From NCBI GenBank assembly GCA_951813615.1, contig OX638377.1, positions 5,055,739 through 5,119,738 on the forward strand: a DNA stretch of 64,000 nucleotides. The letters run 5' to 3'. The position numbers and the translations under genes are program-made. This DNA comes from an uncultured Latescibacterota bacterium (GTDB lineage: Bacteria > Latescibacterota > UBA2968 > UBA8231). The notes under the pieces were generated by a model, which made no database searches, was not told the origin of the DNA, and saw only the letters and a program-made list of their open reading frames with translations. This document shows positions 19,901 through 28,800 of this stretch, piece by piece; the first letter of the stretch is position 1; each line of letters begins with the position of its first letter.

Positions 19901-20076
19901 TGTGTAGTGAAATTCTGGAACGCATCGCCGTCAAAGCGGCTGGCTCCGTTATCCCATGTGGCGAACCAGATATACCCTGCGCTATCCTCGGCGATGTGTT
20001 CAATGCGCAGCGATGGCAGGCCATGATCTATGTCATAGGTTTTCCAAGTACCTATGCGGCTCAGTGACTTGATCAT
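16906..20076 (-). CDS. cytoplasmic beta-propeller (Reg_prop/Y_Y_Y-type) sensor fused to an AAA+ sigma-54-interaction-type ATPase and a Fis-type HTH
   Basis: 1056 aa with no signal peptide or TM helix. About 700 aa consist of repeated W/F-G-T..G propeller blades. These are followed by a YYY-like domain (YRLQGYDLDW), Walker A GETGVGKE, Walker B TLFLDEIG, R-finger ERVGG, WPGNVRELE and a C-terminal HTH (AAALLGVPPSTLYGKMRKLGI). The GAFTGA loop is absent. Confidence 0.9.
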   Translation of the reverse strand: MIKSLSRIGTWKTYDIDHGLPSLRIEHIAEDSAGYIWFATWDNGASRFDGDAFQNFTTQDGLIDDQVSFIQPDRQERLWFGTSKGVCWYDGADFHPLEDDGIAGRAVQFIYEDRQGRIWCGGTETLGYYDGTAFHDLTPLYLQQYQELFSAKELSSFCRGIVQDPQGHLWFGFENLVRYDGRSFHRYEADEGFPRDKHGYAVGQDPTGKVWIGWIRKGRFHFYANNTFEDVKVGLNCWLRWIMCDREGRMWFCTLDGVFYQDDDGFSRFTAADGLPHSSVKAVFHDREDQFWFATWNGVGLYDAHSISVFDFRANYPKNPNEVSQIAQDRQGDIWIGYVSPRLPVYNKSVARFDGEHFTFVSDGKSLSIGNCFSIYEDLEGHLWFGGGRGLFRYDGQTLKKENIAVDVDAGGISSITQDRQGRFIFGCWEHYTIRERKKLLASPLQIVYQQGEQCQTIFTEDSKKTPYSRIGTVIATRNNEIYFHLTSSDGLASGTGFARWHPEDGLTWYGVEDGLIDNHVNDLLVDRQGNLWVATRGGISCFDGSTFRTFATEDGLPSNRIRCLLEDTRGHLWIGTDRGVAQYDGRLFQTIKSPHIGPVCRILEDRDGTFWFGTVVGSIIRYRPQQTPPLIRLIRVTTDQVYENLAEVCSSTVGQPVVFEYKGLSFSTHPRDMLYVYRLQGYDLDWGPATREMQACYRNLPPGDYTFQVRAIDRDLNYSETAQVQLAVKPEAAFCGGNQWIGQTKGLRQLQTKLTEVAPTDLTVLILGETGVGKESVARVLHALSAYGNGPFISVNCGASSQALIDSELFGCENKTSTSEVGKVELAKDGTLFLDEIGEMTLETQDKILRLLEARTFERVGGKQTLTAQTRIVAATSRDLQKMVQVGVFREGLYSRLQLFPLYIPPLREHKEDIPALVEFFKNRMAAYLDKEPASLGSEVMEMLQTYDWPGNVRELEHFMQRVVIACNGSQIGTTDLMQCGFDITDPTVGLKARALSVSQGREIMPLPEFERRYILEVLNATNWRIKGAQGAAALLGVPPSTLYGKMRKLGIKGV

Positions 20077-20262
20077 AAAAAATGTCCTACTCCCGAAAAC
20101 AGCTTTGAAGAAGGCGGTGTTCAGTTAGCGAAAAAAGCTTGACGCCAAACTTGAGACTTGAAAGAATGTAAGAGGTGATGTGGTAAATGTACCTCCTAAA
20201 AAGTATAGCGACACATTGGGTGATTACACAAATCATCTGTCATTAAAAGTCATTTTCATAAA

Positions 20263-20329
20263 AGACCATATATAGTCTAAAATTCATAAAAGACCATATA
20301 TAGTCTTTTATGTCCGACTAAAAATACCC
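20263..20329 (+). promoter_or_regulatory. two 28-bp-phased palindromic boxes (AGACCATATATAGTCT) plus the conserved 15-mer CGACTAAAAATACCC
   Basis: The box cores start at 20266 and 20294. The 22-mer CATAAAAGACCATATATAGTCT is repeated exactly (20257 and 20285). The 15-mer at 20315-20329 is identical to 37286-37300. Confidence 0.6.
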
Positions 20330-20362
20330 TGACGTAAGGCTTCAGAATTCCAACCCAATAAA

Positions 20363-20426
20363 TCATCAATAAATCACCAATAAAGACCTACAAGTCACCC
20401 AAATATCACCGACAAATACTTATTAT
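20363..20426 (+). promoter_or_regulatory. TCACC direct-repeat module (4 boxes) plus a -10-like TATTAT
   Basis: Boxes start at 20363 (TCATC), 20374, 20395 and 20406, giving spacings of 11, 21 and 11 bp. TATTAT lies 10 nt after the last box. The module is homologous to those at 22682 and 34404. Confidence 0.55.
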
Positions 20427-20657
20427 AGATTATAGAACGCGATTTATTACCGGCGGTGTGGGATACCAATATTCTTCCGCGACCATAAGCCTTCCGAGCC
20501 CGTGTAGTAGGATATCCATGTGCCGCTCGGTTGGCGACTACTCGGGCGAGAAACAACGTGCCGAGCCGCCTTGAGGTATGCGTTGTCGAGCCGCGTTGAG
20601 GGTCCGCGTTGGACCTTACGAGGCTATCAACCAACAATAAGGAGCTTATAGAAAAGC

Positions 20658-21383
20658 ATGATTTGTCGTCTTACCATCCTGCTGCTGGGCTTCGCCGCGC
20701 TGTTCGTTCTTTCCGGCCCGGCGCAAGCCCAGACCACGATCTGGTCGGCCACGCTGACGCCGAAGTCTTTCTCGAATTCGGTGGGCTGCGACAACGCCCA
20801 ACTTCAACAGTCTAGGAAATGCAGCAACAGCAACAGGCTGAGCGAGGACGATTTCACCGATGACGGTACGAGTTACCGGGTCAGAAAAATCGTTGGCAAG
20901 AATAATGGAGACCTGAAATTCCAGCTCACTGCGCAGGCCACTACCGCCACCCAGACACTGACACTGATGATTGGCGGCGCGTCATACGCTCTGGCGGACG
21001 CCGCTCACACGACCCCCAGCAACAGGAGTACTTGGAAGTGGAGTAACGCCAACCTGAGTTGGAGTGCCGACACCGACGTCGCCGTGTCGCTCGTTGCGAT
21101 CGACGCCACCGCCACCGGCCAGCCGAGGATTTTCGGCGCGCCACAGGTGGGCAAGACGCTGACCGCGCTGATCGACGACATCGAAGACGGCGCGGGACTA
21201 CCGGCTGGGCTATCAGCTAACCCTGTTGAAGGATGCCGCCGTACGCTTCGAACTAGGAGTCGATGCCACGCGCCGCGAGGCCCTGCGCCAAGGCGAGGAG
21301 GACCATCGCGTTCTGGGCCGCATCACGACGCGCTGGTAAACGCCACGGATCCTAGGGTGGAAGGTAACGGACGTATCCTATGA
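20658..21383 (+). pseudogene. deletion remnant of an autotransporter-type giant adhesin gene (signal peptide plus first modules fused out of frame to the last ~47 barrel codons)
   Basis: The N-terminus is MICRLTILLLGFAALFVLSGPAQA|QTT. The motif GQPRIFGAPQVGKTLTALIDDIEDGAG matches the PTISGAPQVGELLTADTSGIEDTDG modules of the giant genes. From about 21196 a different frame reads DYRLGYQL...DHRVLGRITTRW*, which resembles the barrel end ARLGYRL...DHFVGMRAGMRW*. The current ORF may still yield a 241-aa secreted product. Confidence 0.55.
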
Positions 21384-22510
21384 GGAAGTGGGTCTGTGTA
21401 GTTTTGATGTTGTCTGGTATGAGTGTAGTATGGGTAGCTTGTTCGGTGGATCATCCGGTAGCCCCTTTGGGGCCAGCGGCAAAAATGACCACGAACGATT
21501 CGTCTGAGCGGCACTATATCCACTGGACCTGTGGTGCCAACGAATGGTCCCTACCAGCCGACTCCGTGTGGACGATCTTCTATGGCTCCAATCGGTTCTA
21601 CACGGATGGGCAGCGCGTCCAGATCTCCGAGTATCTCACCCCCAATTCCAGGCGCGTCTATTGGGCCGCTGAGACGGCCAGTGAACGATACAAGCGCGCC
21701 AGCGCTGGCTTGGTGCTGTCCGATAACACCTGCGCCCTTTGGAGCGACCTGATTGACCGGGACACCTCTGTGGTCCGCATCTATCGCGGTGAGGTCAAAT
21801 GGCACTACCGGGACTATCCGGATCATTCTCAATACGCGCTGGTAGAAAACGAGGAGACCTACCGCATCGCCTATGTCCGGGACAGCTTGGTGGTTCACCG
21901 AGATTTTGACTACTGGTTCGACCGCGATCCACACCCGACGGCCTTGGGCGACGCCCAGGCGTACTATCCTTTCAACTTCAGTCAGACCGCCATAGACACT
22001 CTGCCGAACGTGCCCGAAGATGACCGGCCCTACTTGCTTGATGTGGTGTGCGTCGGCGACGAGCTCCCTGAGTTCTTACGGCCAACGGCGACGCAGACGA
22101 CGGTGCGGTCTGCGGGTGGAGGAGGTGATGACAGCTACATTGGTGTTCAGTCCTCTGAAGAGGCGGAGGATCTTACTCCGGTGGCAATAGATTGTGGCTC
22201 GGTCCCGCAAGAGGTTCTCGATTCCCGCGGTTTGTTAGATGAGCTTCAAGAAAATCGCGACGAAAATCATGCTGTTTGGGCGGAGGAAGTGCAGGCTTTT
22301 ATCGAAAGTCTTGGTATCGAAGAGCTAAAGGAATGTCTTGTTCCGTTGAGCTATGAGCCTCTTACGTATCGCTATGACCCTCCTTGTACAGAGCATAATG
22401 AAGCATATGTTGCGCATAAGGAAACGGACCATCTGTTTAACGCTGCGCAAAGAGCTTTGGAGCAACTGGAAGAAGAGCATGGAATTGCTCCTGAATGTCG
22501 ATCTTTGTAG
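21380..22510 (+). CDS. hypothetical lipoprotein (orphan)
   Basis: It has a signal peptide with a lipobox-like VWVAC. I recognise no known motifs. The C-terminus is acidic and helical. The start overlaps the preceding stop (ATGA). Confidence 0.6.
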   Translation: MRKWVCVVLMLSGMSVVWVACSVDHPVAPLGPAAKMTTNDSSERHYIHWTCGANEWSLPADSVWTIFYGSNRFYTDGQRVQISEYLTPNSRRVYWAAETASERYKRASAGLVLSDNTCALWSDLIDRDTSVVRIYRGEVKWHYRDYPDHSQYALVENEETYRIAYVRDSLVVHRDFDYWFDRDPHPTALGDAQAYYPFNFSQTAIDTLPNVPEDDRPYLLDVVCVGDELPEFLRPTATQTTVRSAGGGGDDSYIGVQSSEEAEDLTPVAIDCGSVPQEVLDSRGLLDELQENRDENHAVWAEEVQAFIESLGIEELKECLVPLSYEPLTYRYDPPCTEHNEAYVAHKETDHLFNAAQRALEQLEEEHGIAPECRSL

Positions 22511-22681
22511 TTGACGCCCAAGGCTTATAGGTAGTCAGCCGCCGCTAACTGTCCCCAAAAGCGCGACCCCAACGTACCATCCCGGAACACGCCGCCCACA
22601 CTCCCTTGCGGCTCCTACGCCATCTATCGCCGGTCTGCCCAATGGCCCAGCTAGGGCCAATTATGCCGTATGGGCAAAATG

Positions 22682-22768
22682 TCACCAATAAATCACCGGA
22701 AATGTCACCAATAAATCACCGAACCAGACCTGCAAGTCACCCAAATATCACCAATAATTTTGTAGTTT
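22682..22768 (+). promoter_or_regulatory. TCACC direct-repeat module (6 boxes) plus a -10-like TAGTTT
   Basis: Boxes start at 22682, 22693, 22705, 22716, 22737 and 22748, giving spacings of 11, 12, 11, 21 and 11 bp. An A/T hexamer lies 10 nt after the last box. Confidence 0.55.
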
Positions 22769-22815
22769 AAAAGGCAATGTTGTGGGGTCCCAAGACGGAG
22801 GCATGTGGAGAACTT

Positions 22816-25800
22816 ATGAAACACGCAGGGCGTTATTCCCTTCCGAGTAATCCTGAATCTACCGCGAGGCCATCGGGCCGTCTGCGGCTGTGGTGCGGGC
22901 TGGCTGCCGGGCTGTTGCTGTGCGCCGCTACCGTCCAGGCGGGTCCAGCCACCGGCAAGCCCACCATCTCCGGCGCGCCGCAGGTCGGCGAGCTCCTGAC
23001 CGCAGACACCAGCGGCATCGAGGATACCGACGGCCTGGGCACGTTCAGCTACCAATGGATCCAAGTGGACGACCTCACCGAAACGAACATACTGGGTGCC
23101 ACGAGTAGCACGTACACGCCAGTAGCGGCGGATATAGGGAAAACCCTCAAGGTGAAGGTGAATTTCACTGACGGTGAGGGCAATGCCGAGACACTGACCA
23201 GCGACGCCTATCCGTCGGCGGGCTACCCCGTAGTAGCCATCGTGGCGGCGAAGACGACATGCCCTACCGACAGCGACTGGTGCGCGGAGCTAGGGGTGGG
23301 ATACCAGGGAATCTTCTCCGTGGGGGGGACTGACCTATATCTCGGTTACGATGTAGGATCTGGCGAAGGACACCTCGGGACACTCAGTGACACGGACGTC
23401 AGCCATGGTGAGTCCACCTACGCGTTTGCATCGATCAAATTCGTTTCTCGCTCGGGTATCTCCTACGTTCAGGTGAAGCTCGACGGACCCATGCCGATGG
23501 GGACGGTCTTCAATCTGGGCGGGACCACGTTCACAGCAAATCCTGTAGACTGGACATATCTTAGTCCCGGCAATGGAGAGTATAAATTTATAACGCCCTC
23601 CGGCTTCGGCATGGTCGAAGGCCAGAAGATGACGGTGAGTGTGAACTTCCCCGCCGACGTGACCGATAACAGCGGCGACGTCATTGATCCACCGATTAGT
23701 AGTCGTACACGTGCAGTCAAAGCTGCAATCGTTGCCGCAAGTGGCGTACAGACCGCCGCCGCCGTAACCGCTGAACATCTGGCTAATATCACAACGTTGG
23801 ACCTGAGCGAAAAATCAATCACGTCGTTGACTGCCGGCGACTTCAATGGACTCACCCAACTGGTACAGCTCGATCTGAACAACAACGATTTGAGCTCTTT
23901 ACCATCGGGTATCTTTAGCGAGTTGACCGCATTAAAGAACCTTGATCTATCCGATAACCGCTTGAGTGCTTTGCCGGCGGGCCTCTTTGACGACGCTACT
24001 GCACTGAGGGAGGTTCAACTGCAGTTTAACGAACTGAGCACTTTGCCAGCGGGAATTTTTAAAAATAGCAGTGAATTGAGGGATTTTGATGTGGAGCAAA
24101 ACAATCTGACCTCTTTGCCGGCGGATATTTTTCAAGATACTCCCAAATTGTACAGACTTTTTATGAGGCAAAACGAATTGGAGTCCGTGTCGTCGGACCT
24201 CGTTAGTGGTCTCTCCAACTTGTTCCTGTTCCATATAGGCTTCAACAACTTGGACTCTTTGCCGGCGGGTTTCTTTGTCGGACTCACCAATCTGAAATGG
24301 CTGTATGTGATGGGGAGCACCTCCTCATACACGACGCCCTTTACTGTGTCCTTAGAGAAGGTCGAAGACGGGAAAGTCAAGGCAGTCATCCGGGAGGGTG
24401 CGCCGTATGACATCCAAGTACACGTCACTGTTGAGAACGGTAGCCTCGCCGACGATGCGACCCTGATCGCGATCCCCCAAGGCGTGGTCGAAAGTGAAGC
24501 TATTGCCGTAACGCGTACCCCAGGAACAACGGGTGCCGTCACCGTGGATATTGAAAGGTATGGAGTTACCCTCCCTACTGGACTGCCGGTGCATCGGGGA
24601 TTCGAACTCGTGAAGCCAACCACGGGACTGCCGGTCGAAATCTATGCGGAGGTGGCGCTGTCGCTGAGCACGAGTTCGGTGGACGAGGATGCCGGGGCGA
24701 CTTCAATCACGGTTACCGGTACGCTGAACGGGACAACACGCACGGCGGACACGCCGGTGACGGTGGCGGTGGGCACCTCCAGCGACACCGCGACCGAGGG
24801 TACGGACTATGCCACAGTCAATGACCTCACACTGACCATTTTGGCAGGCGAGACCTCGGGCACCGCGTCGTTCACGCTGACCCCCACCGACGACGATGTG
24901 GACGAGGCGGACGAGACCCTGTCAGTCTCGGGCACCACCACGGCAACGGACCTCAGCGTAACCGGAACGACGGCGACCATCGTGGACGACGACGAGCGGG
25001 GTGTAGAGGTGTCGGCGACGACGCTGAGTGTGTCGGAGGGCGGTACGGCCACCTACACAGTGGCGCTGGAGTCCAAACCGACGGATACGGTGACGGTGGC
25101 GCTGTCGGCAAGCGGCGATGCAGACGTGACGGTGAGTCCCTCGTCGCTGAGCTTCATCACCGAAAACTGGTCCACGGCGCAGACGGTGACGGTATCGGCG
25201 GCGCCGGACGCCGCCGCGCGGGGAGACAGGGCAATGATCGCGCACGCGGCGTCCGGCGGGGACTACGGCTCGGTGTCGATAGACGCCGTGTCGGTGACAG
25301 TCGCACCGGGTCAGGTGACGGGAGTGACGGTAAGCGCAGGCATCGAAGAGTTGACAGTGACTTGGGATGCGGTCAGCAATGCAGACGGCTACAAGGTGCA
25401 GTGGAAGTCGGGCAGCGAGACATTTGCCAGCGCGGCCACCGACAACCGGGAAGCGACGATAGCTTCGGGCACGACGACTAGCTACGCGATCACGGGGCTG
25501 ACCAATGGTACGGCCTACAGCGTGCAGGTCATTGCGACCCGGGCCAACTCAGACGACGGGACGGCGTCGGCACCGGCAACGGCGATGCCCGTAGCACAGG
25601 CGAGGATCACCAGCGTCGAGTTCACCAACGTACCGTCGAGCGGTGTATACGGCTTGGGCAGCACGATTGAGGTGAGCGCGAGGTTCGACGCCGCGGTGGA
25701 GGTGACTGGGATGCCACAGATTCAATTGACTTTCCCCAGTACAACGATGTCCAACAAGTACGTCCACTACGACGACGCGGCGAGCACGGATAGGGTCTTG

Positions 25801-28800
25801 GTCTTCAAGCGTCTTGTGACCGGTGACGACGACGAGGAGGAGAGCGGCATACGCGTCGACACAAACAGTCTTGAGTTGAACGGTGGGACGATCAAGAGCA
25901 AGGGCACCTCGGTAAATGCAGACATCAGCCATAGCTACGTGACCGGCCCAAATGCCAAGACGCGGTGGGTCGAGAGCATCGCGGTGACCTCGGAGGCGGC
26001 GGCGGGCCGGGTTTACGGCCCTGACGAGAAGATCGAATTCACAGTAACCTTTGAATCCCCGGTCTATGTCGATCAGACAGGCGGCAATCCCCAACTGTTT
26101 TTTCAAGCCCGCAACTCCTCAACAACGCACGCTGCGGCATATGAAAGCGGCACGGGTACGAAGGAACTGGTGTTTGCGTGGACGGTACCGGCCGCAGTCG
26201 CGGACGACGGTGCCGACCTTGTTGTTCCCTCGAATGTCTACAATCTCTCGGCCGGGGTTGGATTGCACAACGACCGCGGCCTAGTACTGAATGGCGGAGC
26301 GATCGAGAACCGCAGCGGGATCGCAGTGAACATCCGCCACGAAGAGCACGATTTGGGCGTGCAAGTGGACACGACGACGCCGGTGCTTGCCAGCGGTGCC
26401 GACGGCGCGACGGTGGATGGCACGACGCTGGTGCTGACGTTCCAGAATCCGAATAACAGCAATCTTCCAGATCAGTTGGACGAAAATTCAGTGCCGACAC
26501 CGACCGACTTTGCGGTCACAGTGGCGGGTTCCGCTCAGACGGTGTCGAGCGTGGACGTGAGCGGTGCTACCGTGACGCTGAGCTTGGCTTCGCCGGTGGG
26601 CTATGCCCAGACGGTGACGATGGGCTACACACCGGGGACGAATCCGGTCCAGGACCTAGCGGGCAACGACGCGGCTTCGATTGCGGATCATTCCGTGCGC
26701 AACGATAGCCCGCAGCCGTCGCTGTCGATTCAAGATGCGACAGTGGCCGAGGACGCCGGCACGGCTGCCTTTACAGTGACACTAGACGTGGCGAGCGGTG
26801 AACTGGTCGCGGTCGATTACGCAACCGCAGACGGGACGGGTGCCGCAGGATCAGACTATACCGCGGCGAGCGGCACCCTGACCTTTGCGGCGGGCGAGAC
26901 GACCGGGACCATCGAGGTGGCGGTGGCGGACGACGCCATCGATGAGGAAGATGAGAGCTTCACGGTGACGCTCAGCAACCCCGTCACCGCCACCATCGCC
27001 AGCGCTACCGCCACGGGCACGATCACCGACGACGACACGGCTTCGACTGAGGCGACGCTGTCGGTGAGTCTGGTGGCGATGAGTGAAGACGCGGGTGCGA
27101 CGACCGTGACGGTTACGGCCGAACTGGACGAGTCGGCACGGACCTCGGCGACGGAGGTGACGGTATCGGTAGGTGATTCGGGCGACGGTGCGACAGAGGG
27201 CACGGATTATGCGACGGTCAGTGACTTCACGTTGACGATTGCAGCGGGTCAGACTACGGGCACGGCGACGTTTACGTTGACGCCAACCGATGACGATGTG
27301 GACGAAGAGGACGAGACGCTGACGGTGGACGGCACGGTGCAGGGTCTGACGGTGACGGCGACGACGCTAACCATCGAAGATGATGACACCCGGGGGATCG
27401 CGCTTTCGCCCACTAGTCTGACGGTGGCTGAGGGTGGAAGCAAGTCCTACGCGATAGTGTTGGAGAGTCAGCCGACGGCTGACGTGACCGTGAGTGTGAC
27501 CGTGCCGTCGGGCACGGAGGTGTCGGTGGATAACACCGCGCTGACGTTTACGACGAGCAACTGGGATCAGGTGCAGACGGTGACGGTCTCGGCGGCACAG
27601 GACGCTGACGCGGAGGACGGTGTTGCGACCATAACACACGCGGTATCCGGCGGCGACTACAGTACGATGACGGCCGACGACGTGGCGGTGACCGTCAACG
27701 ACGATGAGACGGCTTCGACTAAGGTGACCCTGTCGGTAAGTCTGGCGTCGGTGAGTGAAGACGCGGGTGCGACGACGGTGACGGTGACGGCGGAGTTGGA
27801 TGAGGCACCACGGGTCGATGACACCAGCGTGACCGGGACGGTGGGGGCGTCCGGCGACAGTGCGACGGAGGGGACGGATTACGCCACGGTAAGCGACATC
27901 ACGCTGACCATCGCGGCGGGTCAGACGAGCGTGACAGCGAGCTTCACGTTGACGCCAACGGATGACGCCATCGCTGAAGAGGACGAGACACTGACGGTGG
28001 ACGGCACGGTGCAGGGTCTGACCGTGACGGCGACGACCCTGACCATCGAAGACGACGACACGCGTGGGATTGCGGTTTCGCCAACCAATCTGACGGTGGC
28101 CGAGGGTAGAAGCAAGTCCTATACGGTAGTGCTGTCGTCGCAGCCGACAGCCGACGTGACGGTAACGCCGAGCGTCAGCGGTGATTCGGACGTGACCGTG
28201 GCTCCCTCGAAGCTGACGTTCACAGAGGACAACTGGGATCAGCCGCAGACGGTGACGGTCTCGGCAGCGCAGGACGCCGATGCGGAGGACGCTTCTGCAA
28301 CCATAGCGCACGCGGTGTCCGGCGGCGACTACGGCTCGATCGCGGCCGAGGACGTGGAGGTGACGGTCACCGACGACGAGATAGCTTCGACTAAGGTGAC
28401 CCTATCGGTGAGTGCGACATCGGTAGATGAGGACGCGGGCAGCACGAGCGTGACGGTTACGGCCGAACTGGACGAGTCGGCACGGACCTCGGCGACGGAG
28501 GTGACGGTATCGGTAGGTGCTGTGGGAGACGGTGCGACAGAGGGCACGGATTACGCCACGGTCAGCGACTTTACACTGACCATCGCGGCGGGTCAGACTA
28601 CGGGCACGGCGAGCTTCACGCTGACGCCGACGGATGACGCCATTGATGAAGATGACGAGACGCTGACGGTGGACGGCGCAGTGCAGGGGCTTTCGGTGAC
28701 GAGAACGACGCTGACCATTGAAGACGACGACACGCGCGGGATTGCGGTTTCGTCAACGGACCTGACCGTGGACGAGGGCGCAGGCAGTTCGACCTACACG

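Noticed and set aside
20452-20570. I considered a leader peptide or uORF hypothesis for the conserved (A/G)TGTTGTGGGGT... segment (MLWG..), also present at 34479 and 22777.
   Set aside because: The reading frames downstream of the shared start differ between copies, and the peptides are not conserved. In the 22.8-kb copy the segment is simply the 5' end of the long ORF. The evidence for a translated uORF is insufficient, so this is kept only as a caveat in the leader finding.
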